A stretch of 64,000 nt of DNA from Sedimentisphaerales bacterium (GTDB lineage: Bacteria; Planctomycetota; Phycisphaerae; Sedimentisphaerales; SM23-30), in the NCBI GenBank assembly GCA_963663965.2, contig CAXXFK010000013.1:128001-192000 (forward strand). Reading direction: 5' to 3'. Shown in pieces: positions 37,801-46,365 of the stretch; the stretch's first letter is position 1; each line of letters starts with the position of its first letter. A program made the translations under genes and the position numbers. The notes beneath the pieces are model-generated. The model saw only the letters and a list, made by a program, of their open reading frames with translations, had not been told where the DNA came from and did no database searches.

Positions 37801-38073
37801 CTGACAACTCTTACCACGTTTGGTGGATTGGCTCCTATGATTTTTGAGAACTCGCGGCAGGCCAAGTTTCTGATTCCAATGGCGTTGTCGCTGGGGTATG
37901 GAATATTATTTTCCACGGTGATTACCCTGATTGTGGTGCCGTGTCTGTATATTTCGTTGCATGAAACCGGGGTGTTTTTCAAGAAAATTCATGATTGGAT
38001 GCATCCGGCTTCTGAACCGGTTGTTCCTGAAATGGCGTCGACCGGATTTGAGGCGTTAACGGATCCTGATTAA
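34891..38073 (+). CDS. RND efflux permease (AcrB/AcrD/AcrF family)
   Basis: YPGASPEEVE, GIVVDDAIVV.EN, GVVVNDS, RFRPI.LTTLTT..GL.P. Confidence 0.95.
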   Translation: MEQNKLKPELNKGSIAWMASNRVTPNIIMLILLIGGLYFAAKIKQEVFPEFSLDMVQIMVPYPGASPEEVEQGIILAIEEGIRGLDGIKEISAVANEGMGMVTAELLEGVDTQRVYQDIKQEIDRIVTFPLDAEEPEVSLIIRKRQVLQIQIYGDVSEMVLRELAEQVRDNLLNDPGITQVELDGARDYEIHVQIDRETLRRYNLTLAEVSDRIRQTAIELPGGYIETAGGDLLLRMKDRRDWAYQFARMPIITTEDGTLLYLDDIAQVTEGFKDVDQAAWFDGKRAIGVSVFRVGRQTPIGVSKAGRKAMESIEAILPEGVNWTISDDNSEIYRQRLELLLKNAAMGLSLVFILLALFLELKLAFWVMMGIPISFLGSFLFLNGMDVTINMVSMFAFIIALGIVVDDAIVVGENIYEYRNRGMSYLEASIRGARDVSGPVVFSILTNIVAFLPLCFIPGIMGKIWIVIPAVVITVFSISLIESLYILPAHLSHYKEPRPGSLNEMIHRAQQAFSRQFERFIRNVFGPFLDFCIRHRQITMAIALATLIFFVSWVLSGRVGLIMMPRVEADKSAVTAVLPYGSPISRVEEVARYLTQVGEELVKDNGDDRLSTGIYSSINENKIDIQMFLTVPSVRPLTTAKVTDLWRQKAGQIPGLESIRFESDRGGPGSGAAISIELSHRNIDTLDRASAALADRLEDFPNVKDIDDGYTPGKSQIDFKIKPEGQSLGLTSSSIARQVRNSFYGAEALRQQRGRNEIRVRVKLPDEQRQSEYDVENLLIRTPAGRDVPLMQVAEVTRGRAYTTISRRNSRRTVMVTANIDPIEDTEKVKEKLSDEILPELLSHFPGLTYAWEGRQADFGESMSSLKMGFVLAILAIYALLAIPFKSYSQPLIIMVAIPFGVVGAIIGHMIMGYAISLLSLMGIIALTGVVVNDSLVLIDCANNLRRDEGLGAFDAIHQAGVRRFRPIMLTTLTTFGGLAPMIFENSRQAKFLIPMALSLGYGILFSTVITLIVVPCLYISLHETGVFFKKIHDWMHPASEPVVPEMASTGFEALTDPD

Positions 38074-38224
38074 TGTCAACTATGACCTCAGGAGAATGTA
38101 ACAAAATCAATCATTAGAAACAGCCGGCAATAGGGAAGTGACCATATTCGTTTAAGTGGTAAAGCATGCCTATGCGAGAGTACCGAGACCCAGATGATCC
38201 CGAATGGATCAGGACGGATATATC

Positions 38225-40114
38225 ATGAAAAGCAGTGGAATGTTGGCCGTATGGATTGTGGTGACCCTGACGATAGCCAGTTGGGGGGCTCGCCAGATGG
38301 AGAATCTGGATCGGGGCTTGATCGCAGTGCAAATGACGGATGGTTCGGTTTTTATCGGATGGCGGATGCTGGGATTGGATCCGGAAGATATAGCTTTTGC
38401 GGTTTATCGTGGCGAGGCCGGGGATGGACAGGGAAAGCTATTAACGGAAATCCCTTTAAAGGGCGCGACTTGTTATGTCGATTCAAGTTCGGAAACAGAC
38501 CAGAGTTATGAGTACTGGGTAAAACCTGTATCGGCCGCAAAAAACTTACCGGTTTCAAAACGGGTTTTAGTCTGGAAGGATAATTATCTGGAGATCCCGA
38601 TCGATCCGATTGAGCGATATTATCCTGGGGATGCGTCAGTGGGTGATCTGGATGGCGATGGCAGGTATGAAATCGTATTGCATCAGGTTTCCGGGGGCAA
38701 GGATAACTCCTTTGGGGGCGTGACCGGTCGACCGGTGCTGGACGCTTATAAACTGGATGGCACCAAACTCTGGCGGATCAACCTGGGCATCAATATCCGG
38801 GAAGGGGAGCATTATACCCAGTTTATGGTGTATGATCTGGATGGCGACGGGCGGGCAGAAGTGGCCTGTAAAACTGCTGATGGAACGATTGACGGTGTTG
38901 GCAAAGTCATCGGTGATCAGGATAAGGACTGGCGGACGCACAAAACGGGTGATCTGACCGATGGGCGGATTCTGGCCGGCCCGGAATATCTGACGATTTT
39001 TGATGGTAAGACAGGGGCGGCATTGAAGACAGTGGACTATATTCCGGGACGGGATCCGATTAATGGCTGGGGTGGTATTGGCGGGAATGGCGGGAATGAC
39101 AGTTATGGCAACCGGTGCGATCGATTTCTGGCCTGTGTGGCATATCTGGATGGGGAGCGTCCCAGTCTGGTGATGTGCCGTGGGGTGTATGGCAGAACGG
39201 TGCTGGCGGCGTGGGACTGGCGGGACGGTGAACTGACCAGCCGCTGGGTGTTCGATTCGGGCATCTCCTATCCGCCGTATCGGGATGTGTCGCCCTATTC
39301 CGGGATGGGTGGTCATTCCCTGTCGGTGGCAGATGTCGATGGGGATGGCCGGGATGAGATTGTCTATCATGCCATGGTGGTGGATGATAATGGCCAGGGA
39401 TTGTATTCGACGGGTTTCCGGCATGGGGATGCCATGCATATCAGCGATATGTATCCGGACCGTCCGGGTCTGGAAGTCTTGACTGTCCATGAAAATGAAG
39501 ATGATACGGTGCGGTTTCAATCGCCGGGCATGGCGATGCGGGACGCAAAGACGGGTGAAGTGATGTGGTCATTGAGTCCGGGTGTGGATGTCAGTCAGGG
39601 GGTGGCGGCTGATATCGATCCGCGTTATCCGGGATTTGAGGTCTGGGGCGGTCCGGGCGGTCTGCGTGGGGAAAGCGGCAACGACCTGGGGCCGGCTCCG
39701 CGGATGTCGGATTTTGTGATCTGGTGGGATGGTGATCCCTTGCGTGAGTTATTAGCCGGGTCCAGTGTTTTCAAGTGGAACTGGGAGGCTGGCCAGTCAG
39801 ACATGCTCTGGTCGGCCGGCAGTAGCGGTCGCGGCCGGTTTCGCTGGATGCGGCCCTGTCTGGTGGCTGATATCCTGGGGGATTGGCGGGAAGAATTGGT
39901 GACCACCGGTCCGGATGGCGGGTCCTTGAGGGTCTATACGACAACCATACCAACAGATATACGGTTGTATACGCTCATGCACGATCCTCAATATCGTTTG
40001 TCGATTGCCTGGCAGAATGTGGTGTACAATAAACCGGCTCATACCAGTTTTTATCTTGGGGATGGGATGAAAGCACCGGTAAAGCCTGATATATTAATGA
40101 CAAAATCTCGATAA
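38225..40114 (+). CDS. Rhamnogalacturonan lyase, PL11 (YesW/YesX-like)
   Basis: RQME.LDRGL.AV, D.SVGDLDGDG.YEIV, HYTQF.VYD.DGDG.AE, HGDAMH, TLMHD.QYR..IAWQN..YN.P. Confidence 0.92.
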   Translation: MKSSGMLAVWIVVTLTIASWGARQMENLDRGLIAVQMTDGSVFIGWRMLGLDPEDIAFAVYRGEAGDGQGKLLTEIPLKGATCYVDSSSETDQSYEYWVKPVSAAKNLPVSKRVLVWKDNYLEIPIDPIERYYPGDASVGDLDGDGRYEIVLHQVSGGKDNSFGGVTGRPVLDAYKLDGTKLWRINLGINIREGEHYTQFMVYDLDGDGRAEVACKTADGTIDGVGKVIGDQDKDWRTHKTGDLTDGRILAGPEYLTIFDGKTGAALKTVDYIPGRDPINGWGGIGGNGGNDSYGNRCDRFLACVAYLDGERPSLVMCRGVYGRTVLAAWDWRDGELTSRWVFDSGISYPPYRDVSPYSGMGGHSLSVADVDGDGRDEIVYHAMVVDDNGQGLYSTGFRHGDAMHISDMYPDRPGLEVLTVHENEDDTVRFQSPGMAMRDAKTGEVMWSLSPGVDVSQGVAADIDPRYPGFEVWGGPGGLRGESGNDLGPAPRMSDFVIWWDGDPLRELLAGSSVFKWNWEAGQSDMLWSAGSSGRGRFRWMRPCLVADILGDWREELVTTGPDGGSLRVYTTTIPTDIRLYTLMHDPQYRLSIAWQNVVYNKPAHTSFYLGDGMKAPVKPDILMTKSR

Positions 40115-40180
40115 ATATTGTGTTACAAAAGCCTGATTTCCGGGTACTCATGGATAGAACCTTATTTTCTGGAGGCAATT

Positions 40181-41356
40181 ATGCAATATTCAATCAGGTT
40201 TGGCATCGCGTTTTTTTTGATATGTGGGCCCGTTTGTTCGGCGATGAGTCTGACACCGCATCAGATTACGTTGTATGATCAGAGCGCGTCGGATGATATC
40301 CAGGCGATATTTGGTATGACATTGCCGTCGGGTTACGCGATTGCAGATCATGAGGTGGACTTTGTATTGGATGGTGAGTTTATCGCGCGGTCTATTTCAC
40401 TGGATTATTGCGCTATCGATGATAATTTAATGGTGAATTTCGATCGGGATACTGTTCAGACACATCCCGGGACGATATTACTGGCCGGATGCGAAACAAT
40501 CGCGACGGTTAGCGGTTGGTTTGAGATTGAAAATAGCACAGGGGATGTTCAGCGTTTGACGCTTTGGGGGCAGGATTTATTTACGATTCTTTCGTATAAG
40601 ATCCCCATGGAGATTACTCAGTCGAATTCAGCGCCGCCCGGCGACGATGTCTTACTTGGATATGATACGGTGGATCAGGACAAGGATAATTTCTTACTAT
40701 GGGATCGGGGTCAGGGCACTGAGACCTGTTTTGGCCAGACGTTTCGATTGAATCGCGCAGCCCGGTTGGAAAAGATCACGCTAAAACTTCGACCAGACCA
40801 GGTCGACATCAGCGGGCAACCGGTTGAATTATGGCTAGGTTATGGCTATCATCATATCACAGACTCAAGGATTAGCACTTTAATTGCGAATCCAAAAGCC
40901 GATTTACCGGAGGGATTAGATGGCGGCGATCCGGTCTATTTAACTTTTGATTTCGATGATCTCTATTTGAATGCAGAACGGGACTATGCCTTTATGCTGC
41001 GGTTCGCCAGTGGCGGATCAGGGCAAGGGCAGGGTCTGGCGGCCTATGTGTGGGCGATGGGACACTATGTTTATGCGGATGGCGCGGCGTTTATTTACAG
41101 CGGTAACTGGCCGGGTACTTTGTTGAATAACGAGTTGGTATTTTTTGTTCATGGCCGGTTGTTAGAACGTTCGCCATTAATGGGCGACCTGTCGCTGGAT
41201 TACCGGGTCGATCTGGACGATTTGAGGGAATTAGCCTCAAACTGGCTGAACGAATGCGAAGATTGCCGGCAACTGGATATTAATCTGGATGGAATGATCG
41301 ACACAATCGATTTGCGATATCTGGTGCGTAACTGGCTGGCGGAATATGAAAACTAA
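40181..41356 (+). CDS. Secreted hypothetical protein with C-terminal dockerin-like domain
   Basis: GGAGG RBS, signal peptide, GDLSLD.RVD..DL..LA.NWL / DIN.DG.ID..DL..L..NWL. Confidence 0.8.
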   Translation: MQYSIRFGIAFFLICGPVCSAMSLTPHQITLYDQSASDDIQAIFGMTLPSGYAIADHEVDFVLDGEFIARSISLDYCAIDDNLMVNFDRDTVQTHPGTILLAGCETIATVSGWFEIENSTGDVQRLTLWGQDLFTILSYKIPMEITQSNSAPPGDDVLLGYDTVDQDKDNFLLWDRGQGTETCFGQTFRLNRAARLEKITLKLRPDQVDISGQPVELWLGYGYHHITDSRISTLIANPKADLPEGLDGGDPVYLTFDFDDLYLNAERDYAFMLRFASGGSGQGQGLAAYVWAMGHYVYADGAAFIYSGNWPGTLLNNELVFFVHGRLLERSPLMGDLSLDYRVDLDDLRELASNWLNECEDCRQLDINLDGMIDTIDLRYLVRNWLAEYEN

Positions 41357-41402
41357 GGGACCGTCAATAAATTAATTGCAGCATTTATTTATTGACAGCC
41401 CC
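41357..41402. mobile_element. 46-bp miniature inverted-repeat element with TAA flanks (may act as terminator)
   Basis: TAA-gggaccgtcaataaat...atttattgacagcccc-TAA. Confidence 0.5.
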
Positions 41403-41503
41403 TAACTTGAGCTAGACAAACGAGATACACGACGATTTGATTTTCGGGTCGGATGCCCCTTATAATCTTAGAAACATATGATTATAATAGAAGGAGCCGA
41501 ACG

Positions 41504-41944
41504 ATGATTTTTCATAAACTGGATAAATATCGAGATTTTGGATTGTTGGTTTTGCGGATCGGCATAGGGATTTCGTTTGCTTGTCATGGTTATCCTAAGT
41601 TAACCGGAGGGCCGGAGACGTGGGAAAAAGTGGGCAAGGCGCTGGAATTAATGGGAATTCATTTTGCTCCGACGTTCATGGGGTTGCTGGCAGCCCTGTC
41701 TGAATTTGGGGGCGGCCTCCTGCTGGTAGTAGGCTTATTCGCACGACCGGCGTGCTTTTTTCTGTTATGTACCATGATTGTCGCGACCACGATGCATATA
41801 AAATCGGGTGATTCATTTACCACCTATTCGCATGCCCTGGAAGCGGGGATCCTGTTTTTAAGTCTGATCCTGATCGGTCCGGGCCGATATTCCATCGATC
41901 AGGGGCTCTGGGAAGGCATGCAGCAAAAGCAGGCCGGAAAATAA
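41504..41944 (+). CDS. DoxX family membrane protein
   Basis: GLL.LRI..G..F..HG..K, E..GG.LL..GLF.R, GPG.YS.D; AAGGAG RBS before ATG 41504. Confidence 0.92.
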   Translation: MIFHKLDKYRDFGLLVLRIGIGISFACHGYPKLTGGPETWEKVGKALELMGIHFAPTFMGLLAALSEFGGGLLLVVGLFARPACFFLLCTMIVATTMHIKSGDSFTTYSHALEAGILFLSLILIGPGRYSIDQGLWEGMQQKQAGK

Positions 41945-41986
41945 CCGGTTATATTTATGCAAAAGCTCATAAGCGGATATCAGCGT

Positions 41987-43304
41987 TTATTCGTGCCGCA
42001 GCGATTCGATCGGATCCATATTGGCGGCACGGTAGGCGGGGTAAAGGCCAAATACGATACCGACAAGCGTACTGATGCCAAAAGCCAGCAACAGGGAGGT
42101 GAAAGTGATTACGGTACGCATCTGGCTAAAGTGTGAGACAAACAGGGGTATCAGCAATCCAACAATAATTCCCAGAATGCCTCCTGAAAGAGTCAGCATG
42201 AGTGTTTCGGAAAGGAACTGGATGACAATATCCCGTTTCATTGCCCCCAATGCCCGGCGTATACCGATTTCACGAGTCCGTTCACTGACAGTAGCGAGCA
42301 TAATATTCATAATACCGATGCCACCGACGAGCAGTGAAATGGCGGCGATCGAACCCAGTACGATGGTAAAGATACGTTGGAAATCGCGCGCGCGCCGCAT
42401 CAGTTCCAACGGTACAATAACTTCGTAATCGTTCTTTTTATGGAAATCGGTTCAGCAGGGTCTGAATACTTCGGTGGGTATCGGGAACCAGGTCGATATT
42501 TTCAACCTGGACGATGATTTCCTGCAATTCGATACGTTCCATGGTCATCCCGCTAGTCGAACTCATCTGCATCGTGGTTTCGCCAAATCGGTTTTTGGCG
42601 GTAGTCAATGGAACATAGATGCCGCCAACATTAGCGCCGGCCGCTTTAGCCGCGCCGCTGGCGTCTTTATTGGTCTCGGGATCGGAGGATTTAGACGATT
42701 TGGATTGTTCGCTTGATGCGATTCCTACCACGCGATAGTAATCGCTACCGATTTTGATATCCTGCCCCATAGGATCGTCAAATCCAAACAGCGGTTGTAT
42801 GACTTTTTCTTCCACGACACAAATTCCCTGTTTGTATTGCATATCGGTGGTGCTAATGAAGCGGCCGAAGCGAGCGCGAACCGTAGAGATATCCGGGTAC
42901 CAGGGTACCGTGCCGATGACTTCAATAGGCACGCGCCGGTTGCGATAGAGCGCCTGCTGAGATAGCCGACGATTGGGCACCAGCACGCGAACGTTGGGTA
43001 TGCCATTTTGAAACCGGTCAGCATCATCGTAGGTTAGCCCGTATTCCTTAAGCATCTGCTGCTGGCCAATAGAAGAGTCGTCCTCTGGTGGCGGAACGGT
43101 TTTGATGATGATATTGCGGCTACCGAGTTGGGCGATTTTTTCCTGGGCGTCGCGACTGGCCCCTTCGCCTATGGCGAGCATGGCAATTACCGAAGAAACC
43201 CCAAAAATAATACCCAGGGCTGTCAGGCTGGAACGCAACCGATGCATCCAGAGACTCTTAATGCCCAGTAATAAGACTCGTTTAATACGAAATAACATCA
43301 GCAT
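41987..43304 (-). pseudogene. MacB-like ABC transporter permease, split by a frameshift (one extra base) at ~42441-42446
   Basis: [42 protein letters not shown]; removing one base gives [18 protein letters not shown] joining both ORFs. Confidence 0.88.
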
Positions 43305-43310
43305 AATTAA

Positions 43311-44039
43311 TTACCGTTTATGGTTAAATTCTTCTTTATCGATGCGGCCATCGAACAGGCGGATCACGCGTTGCGCCCGCGCGGCGATTTGTTCATCGTG
43401 GGTTACGACAATCAAGGTCTTGCCTTCAGCATGCAATCGGTCAAGAATGCTCAAAATATCAGAGCCGCTGGTAGAGTCCAGGTTGCCTGTTGGTTCGTCC
43501 GCCAGAATAATCAACGGATCGTTGGACAGTGCCCGGGCAATCGCCACCCGCTGTTGTTGACCACCACTCAGTTCACTGGGTCGATGTTTGATCCGGTCAC
43601 CCAGTCCAACCAGATTAGCCAGTGCCCGGGCTCGTGCCGAATCGATCTGATGATTGCGAGACTGGTAATACATCGGGATCTCGATATTTTCTACGACATT
43701 TAACTGAGATATCAGGTTAAATGACTGAAATACGAATCCGATCCGAGCACCGCGTATCATTGATAATTGATTGTCATCCAGTGATCGGACACTCTGACCA
43801 CCCAGCAGATAATCACCGGCAGTGGGGCGGTCCAGACATCCAATCATGTTGAGCAAGGTTGATTTGCCCGATCCGCTGGGGCCCATAATAGCGACATATT
43901 CGCCGCTGCCGATTGTTAAATCAATATCCCGCAGGACTTTCAGCTCCATATTCGCGAGGAAATAACTCTTACAGAGTTTTTCCATGACAAGTATGGAACC
44001 GTCGTTGTTGAATTGAAATTTAGTTCGTGATGATCTCAC
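43311..44039 (-). CDS. ABC transporter ATP-binding protein (MacB/LolD type)
   Basis: GPSGSGKST, LSGGQQQRVAIARAL, ILADEPTGNLD, VTHD. Confidence 0.95.
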   Translation of the reverse strand: MRSSRTKFQFNNDGSILVMEKLCKSYFLANMELKVLRDIDLTIGSGEYVAIMGPSGSGKSTLLNMIGCLDRPTAGDYLLGGQSVRSLDDNQLSMIRGARIGFVFQSFNLISQLNVVENIEIPMYYQSRNHQIDSARARALANLVGLGDRIKHRPSELSGGQQQRVAIARALSNDPLIILADEPTGNLDSTSGSDILSILDRLHAEGKTLIVVTHDEQIAARAQRVIRLFDGRIDKEEFNHKR

Positions 44040-44090
44040 TGGTCTGGCTTTCTCGTCAGAGTAAGGTTTATTGTCGGGAGAAAGAACCGA

Positions 44091-46343
44091 TTAGTTGGTT
44101 GGGGCATTAGCGGGAGGATTGCCCTGGCCGCCAGTTGGGTTATTACCCGATTGTTGGCGGCGCCGTTGTCCCTGCTGGCCGCTGTCCTGGCCACTGCCCT
44201 CAGAATTGCCACGGAAACCGCCACCCTGGCCGCCACCTTCGGTGTTGCCGCGGAATCCTCCGCCCTGACCGCCACTCTGGCCACCACCCGCATTATTCAT
44301 GCGGTCGCGGAATCGCTGGCGCATTTCATCGGTAATTGGTGTCCCGTCGGGTAAGGTTGTGGGCATTTCACCGCTTTGCATCCGTTGACGGAATTGCTGG
44401 CGCATTTCATCAGTGATCGGAGTGCCGTCAGGCATCGTATTACGCGTGCCGCCAAATCCGCCGCGGTTTTGTCTGTTTTCACCAGTACCGTCACCACTGC
44501 CTTGCGGCTGAGCCGACGGGCCGCCACGACCAGGTTGCTGGTCGCCGGCCTGTCCCGGGGTCTGGACCTGGGGTGCCGCCTGATTCGGCGTGGTTTGATC
44601 GTCATCGGAAGATGTTTCTGTTGATTGTCCGGAAACCGACTGGTCCGTTTCGTTAAAGAGTGGCGGATTAAGTAAAATTTCTTCTCCTTCATCCAGACCT
44701 TCCACAATCTGAACGAAGATGTCATTAAACGCTCCCGTAGTCACTTCGCGTTCGACCGGCTGACCTTTTTCCATAACAAACACGACTTTGCGACCTTTGC
44801 GATTGGCGACGACCTGGATCGGCACGGTGATAATATTTTTCAGTTGCTGAACAAAAATTTCCACCTTGCAGGACATGCGGGTTCGAAGGAATTCGTGAGT
44901 GCCGTCGATCATGACCAGCGTTTTATAAACTTTGAGATCAGGATTCATAAACCCACGCTGTTCGTCGGGCAACGGTGCTACACTGATTACCTGGCCGGTT
45001 AACACTTTATCAGGAAATGCATCCATGATGATTCGCGCCGTCTGACCGGGTCGGACTTTATCCACTTCGGTTTCATGCACGCCGATTTCCGCGATCATTG
45101 TGGCAGTATCGGGCATGGAGATTAAAACCTGGCGTTCAAAAACAGATTCTCCAGGAGCGATGATCCCGCTGCCGCCTCCCCGGCCGCGCATGGCTGCCCA
45201 GGCATCGCCGCTGCCACCAGTGCCATAGATGACCAGGCCGGGTGCTTTGGCGCGGATGGTGCATTTGTCGATCAGGCCCTCAATCCATTCGACTGTGCGC
45301 TTTTGAGATTCCAGGCTTTCTTTCGCGCTGAGCAGACGGGCCTGAGCCTGTGAGATTCGCGAACGACACTGGGCAAAAGTCCGATCCAGTTGCCGGCCCG
45401 CTTCGATATAATCACTAAGAAATTGTTCAGCGTTTTTGGGAAAGTCGTATCGTAAAAACAGATCCCAGTTGACCTGGGCATCTTCCAGAGAAAATTGCCG
45501 GTTAACGACGGTTAAACGATCCCGGTCCAGGTCGAGGTTGGATACGTAACTGGCCTTATGCAGTTCTTCGGTTCCGGCCAGGGTAGCCAGAGAGGTTTTA
45601 AGATTGCCTTCAGCCAATATGATATTGTCATTCAAGCGTTTGAGATCCTGACCGGATGAAGAGCCATCCAGCAGGTTGGGGTCTTCTCTCACCATGCTCA
45701 GAAATGGCGCCACATGAGCAGTCAGGTCAACAATGTTATTGGCATCCTCAATCATCTTGTCGGCCAGCGCATTGCCCAGATATTTTTGCAGCGCCAACAG
45801 TGCAAAACGCAATTTAAGCTGGTTGGAGGCGATATCGCTTTCATTTTGCCGTTGTTGGATGTCATAGGCTTCCATGGCGGAGGTCATGGATTCTTCATCG
45901 TTGGCCAGACTGGTTTTTTCGCGTAACAGTTGGTCTTTCAGCGCCGATGAATCCAGTTCAACCAGAATCATGCCGTTATCGACATCTTCCTGAGTAACGT
46001 AGGTGCCGGCGGGAACGATATTGAGGATGGTCAGGCTGCCACCGCGACGTTCCACTTCGCAGGAATAAGTGATTGATTTATTGGCCCGGATACTGCCGCC
46101 TTCGGTGACGGTAATGGCCAGATCGCCGCGCCGGGCAGCCACTGTCCCGCCGGTATCCGCTTCTGAACCGGTCAATTTGGATTGAACGGCCAGCACACCC
46201 AGTCCGGAAGCGATTACAATAATGATTACAATCAGCAGGATTTTACCGTTTGATGAAGGCTTATCTGTCGCTACAGTCGGTTTGGCAATTCCTTGTTGAT
46301 TTCTATTTTCATTTGTTTCTTGAGCGCTCATATTGTCATCCAT
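44091..46343 (-). CDS. MacA-like periplasmic adaptor (HlyD/MFP) with long Gly/Gln-rich C-terminal tail
   Basis: N-terminal TM, long helical hairpin, I.A..PGLV.Y, E.EV.KV..GQ, I.EGL..GE; low-complexity tail. Confidence 0.88.
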   Translation of the reverse strand: MDDNMSAQETNENRNQQGIAKPTVATDKPSSNGKILLIVIIIVIASGLGVLAVQSKLTGSEADTGGTVAARRGDLAITVTEGGSIRANKSITYSCEVERRGGSLTILNIVPAGTYVTQEDVDNGMILVELDSSALKDQLLREKTSLANDEESMTSAMEAYDIQQRQNESDIASNQLKLRFALLALQKYLGNALADKMIEDANNIVDLTAHVAPFLSMVREDPNLLDGSSSGQDLKRLNDNIILAEGNLKTSLATLAGTEELHKASYVSNLDLDRDRLTVVNRQFSLEDAQVNWDLFLRYDFPKNAEQFLSDYIEAGRQLDRTFAQCRSRISQAQARLLSAKESLESQKRTVEWIEGLIDKCTIRAKAPGLVIYGTGGSGDAWAAMRGRGGGSGIIAPGESVFERQVLISMPDTATMIAEIGVHETEVDKVRPGQTARIIMDAFPDKVLTGQVISVAPLPDEQRGFMNPDLKVYKTLVMIDGTHEFLRTRMSCKVEIFVQQLKNIITVPIQVVANRKGRKVVFVMEKGQPVEREVTTGAFNDIFVQIVEGLDEGEEILLNPPLFNETDQSVSGQSTETSSDDDQTTPNQAAPQVQTPGQAGDQQPGRGGPSAQPQGSGDGTGENRQNRGGFGGTRNTMPDGTPITDEMRQQFRQRMQSGEMPTTLPDGTPITDEMRQRFRDRMNNAGGGQSGGQGGGFRGNTEGGGQGGGFRGNSEGSGQDSGQQGQRRRQQSGNNPTGGQGNPPANAPTN

Positions 46344-46365
46344 TTTTGAAGGCGGTTAAAGTAAA

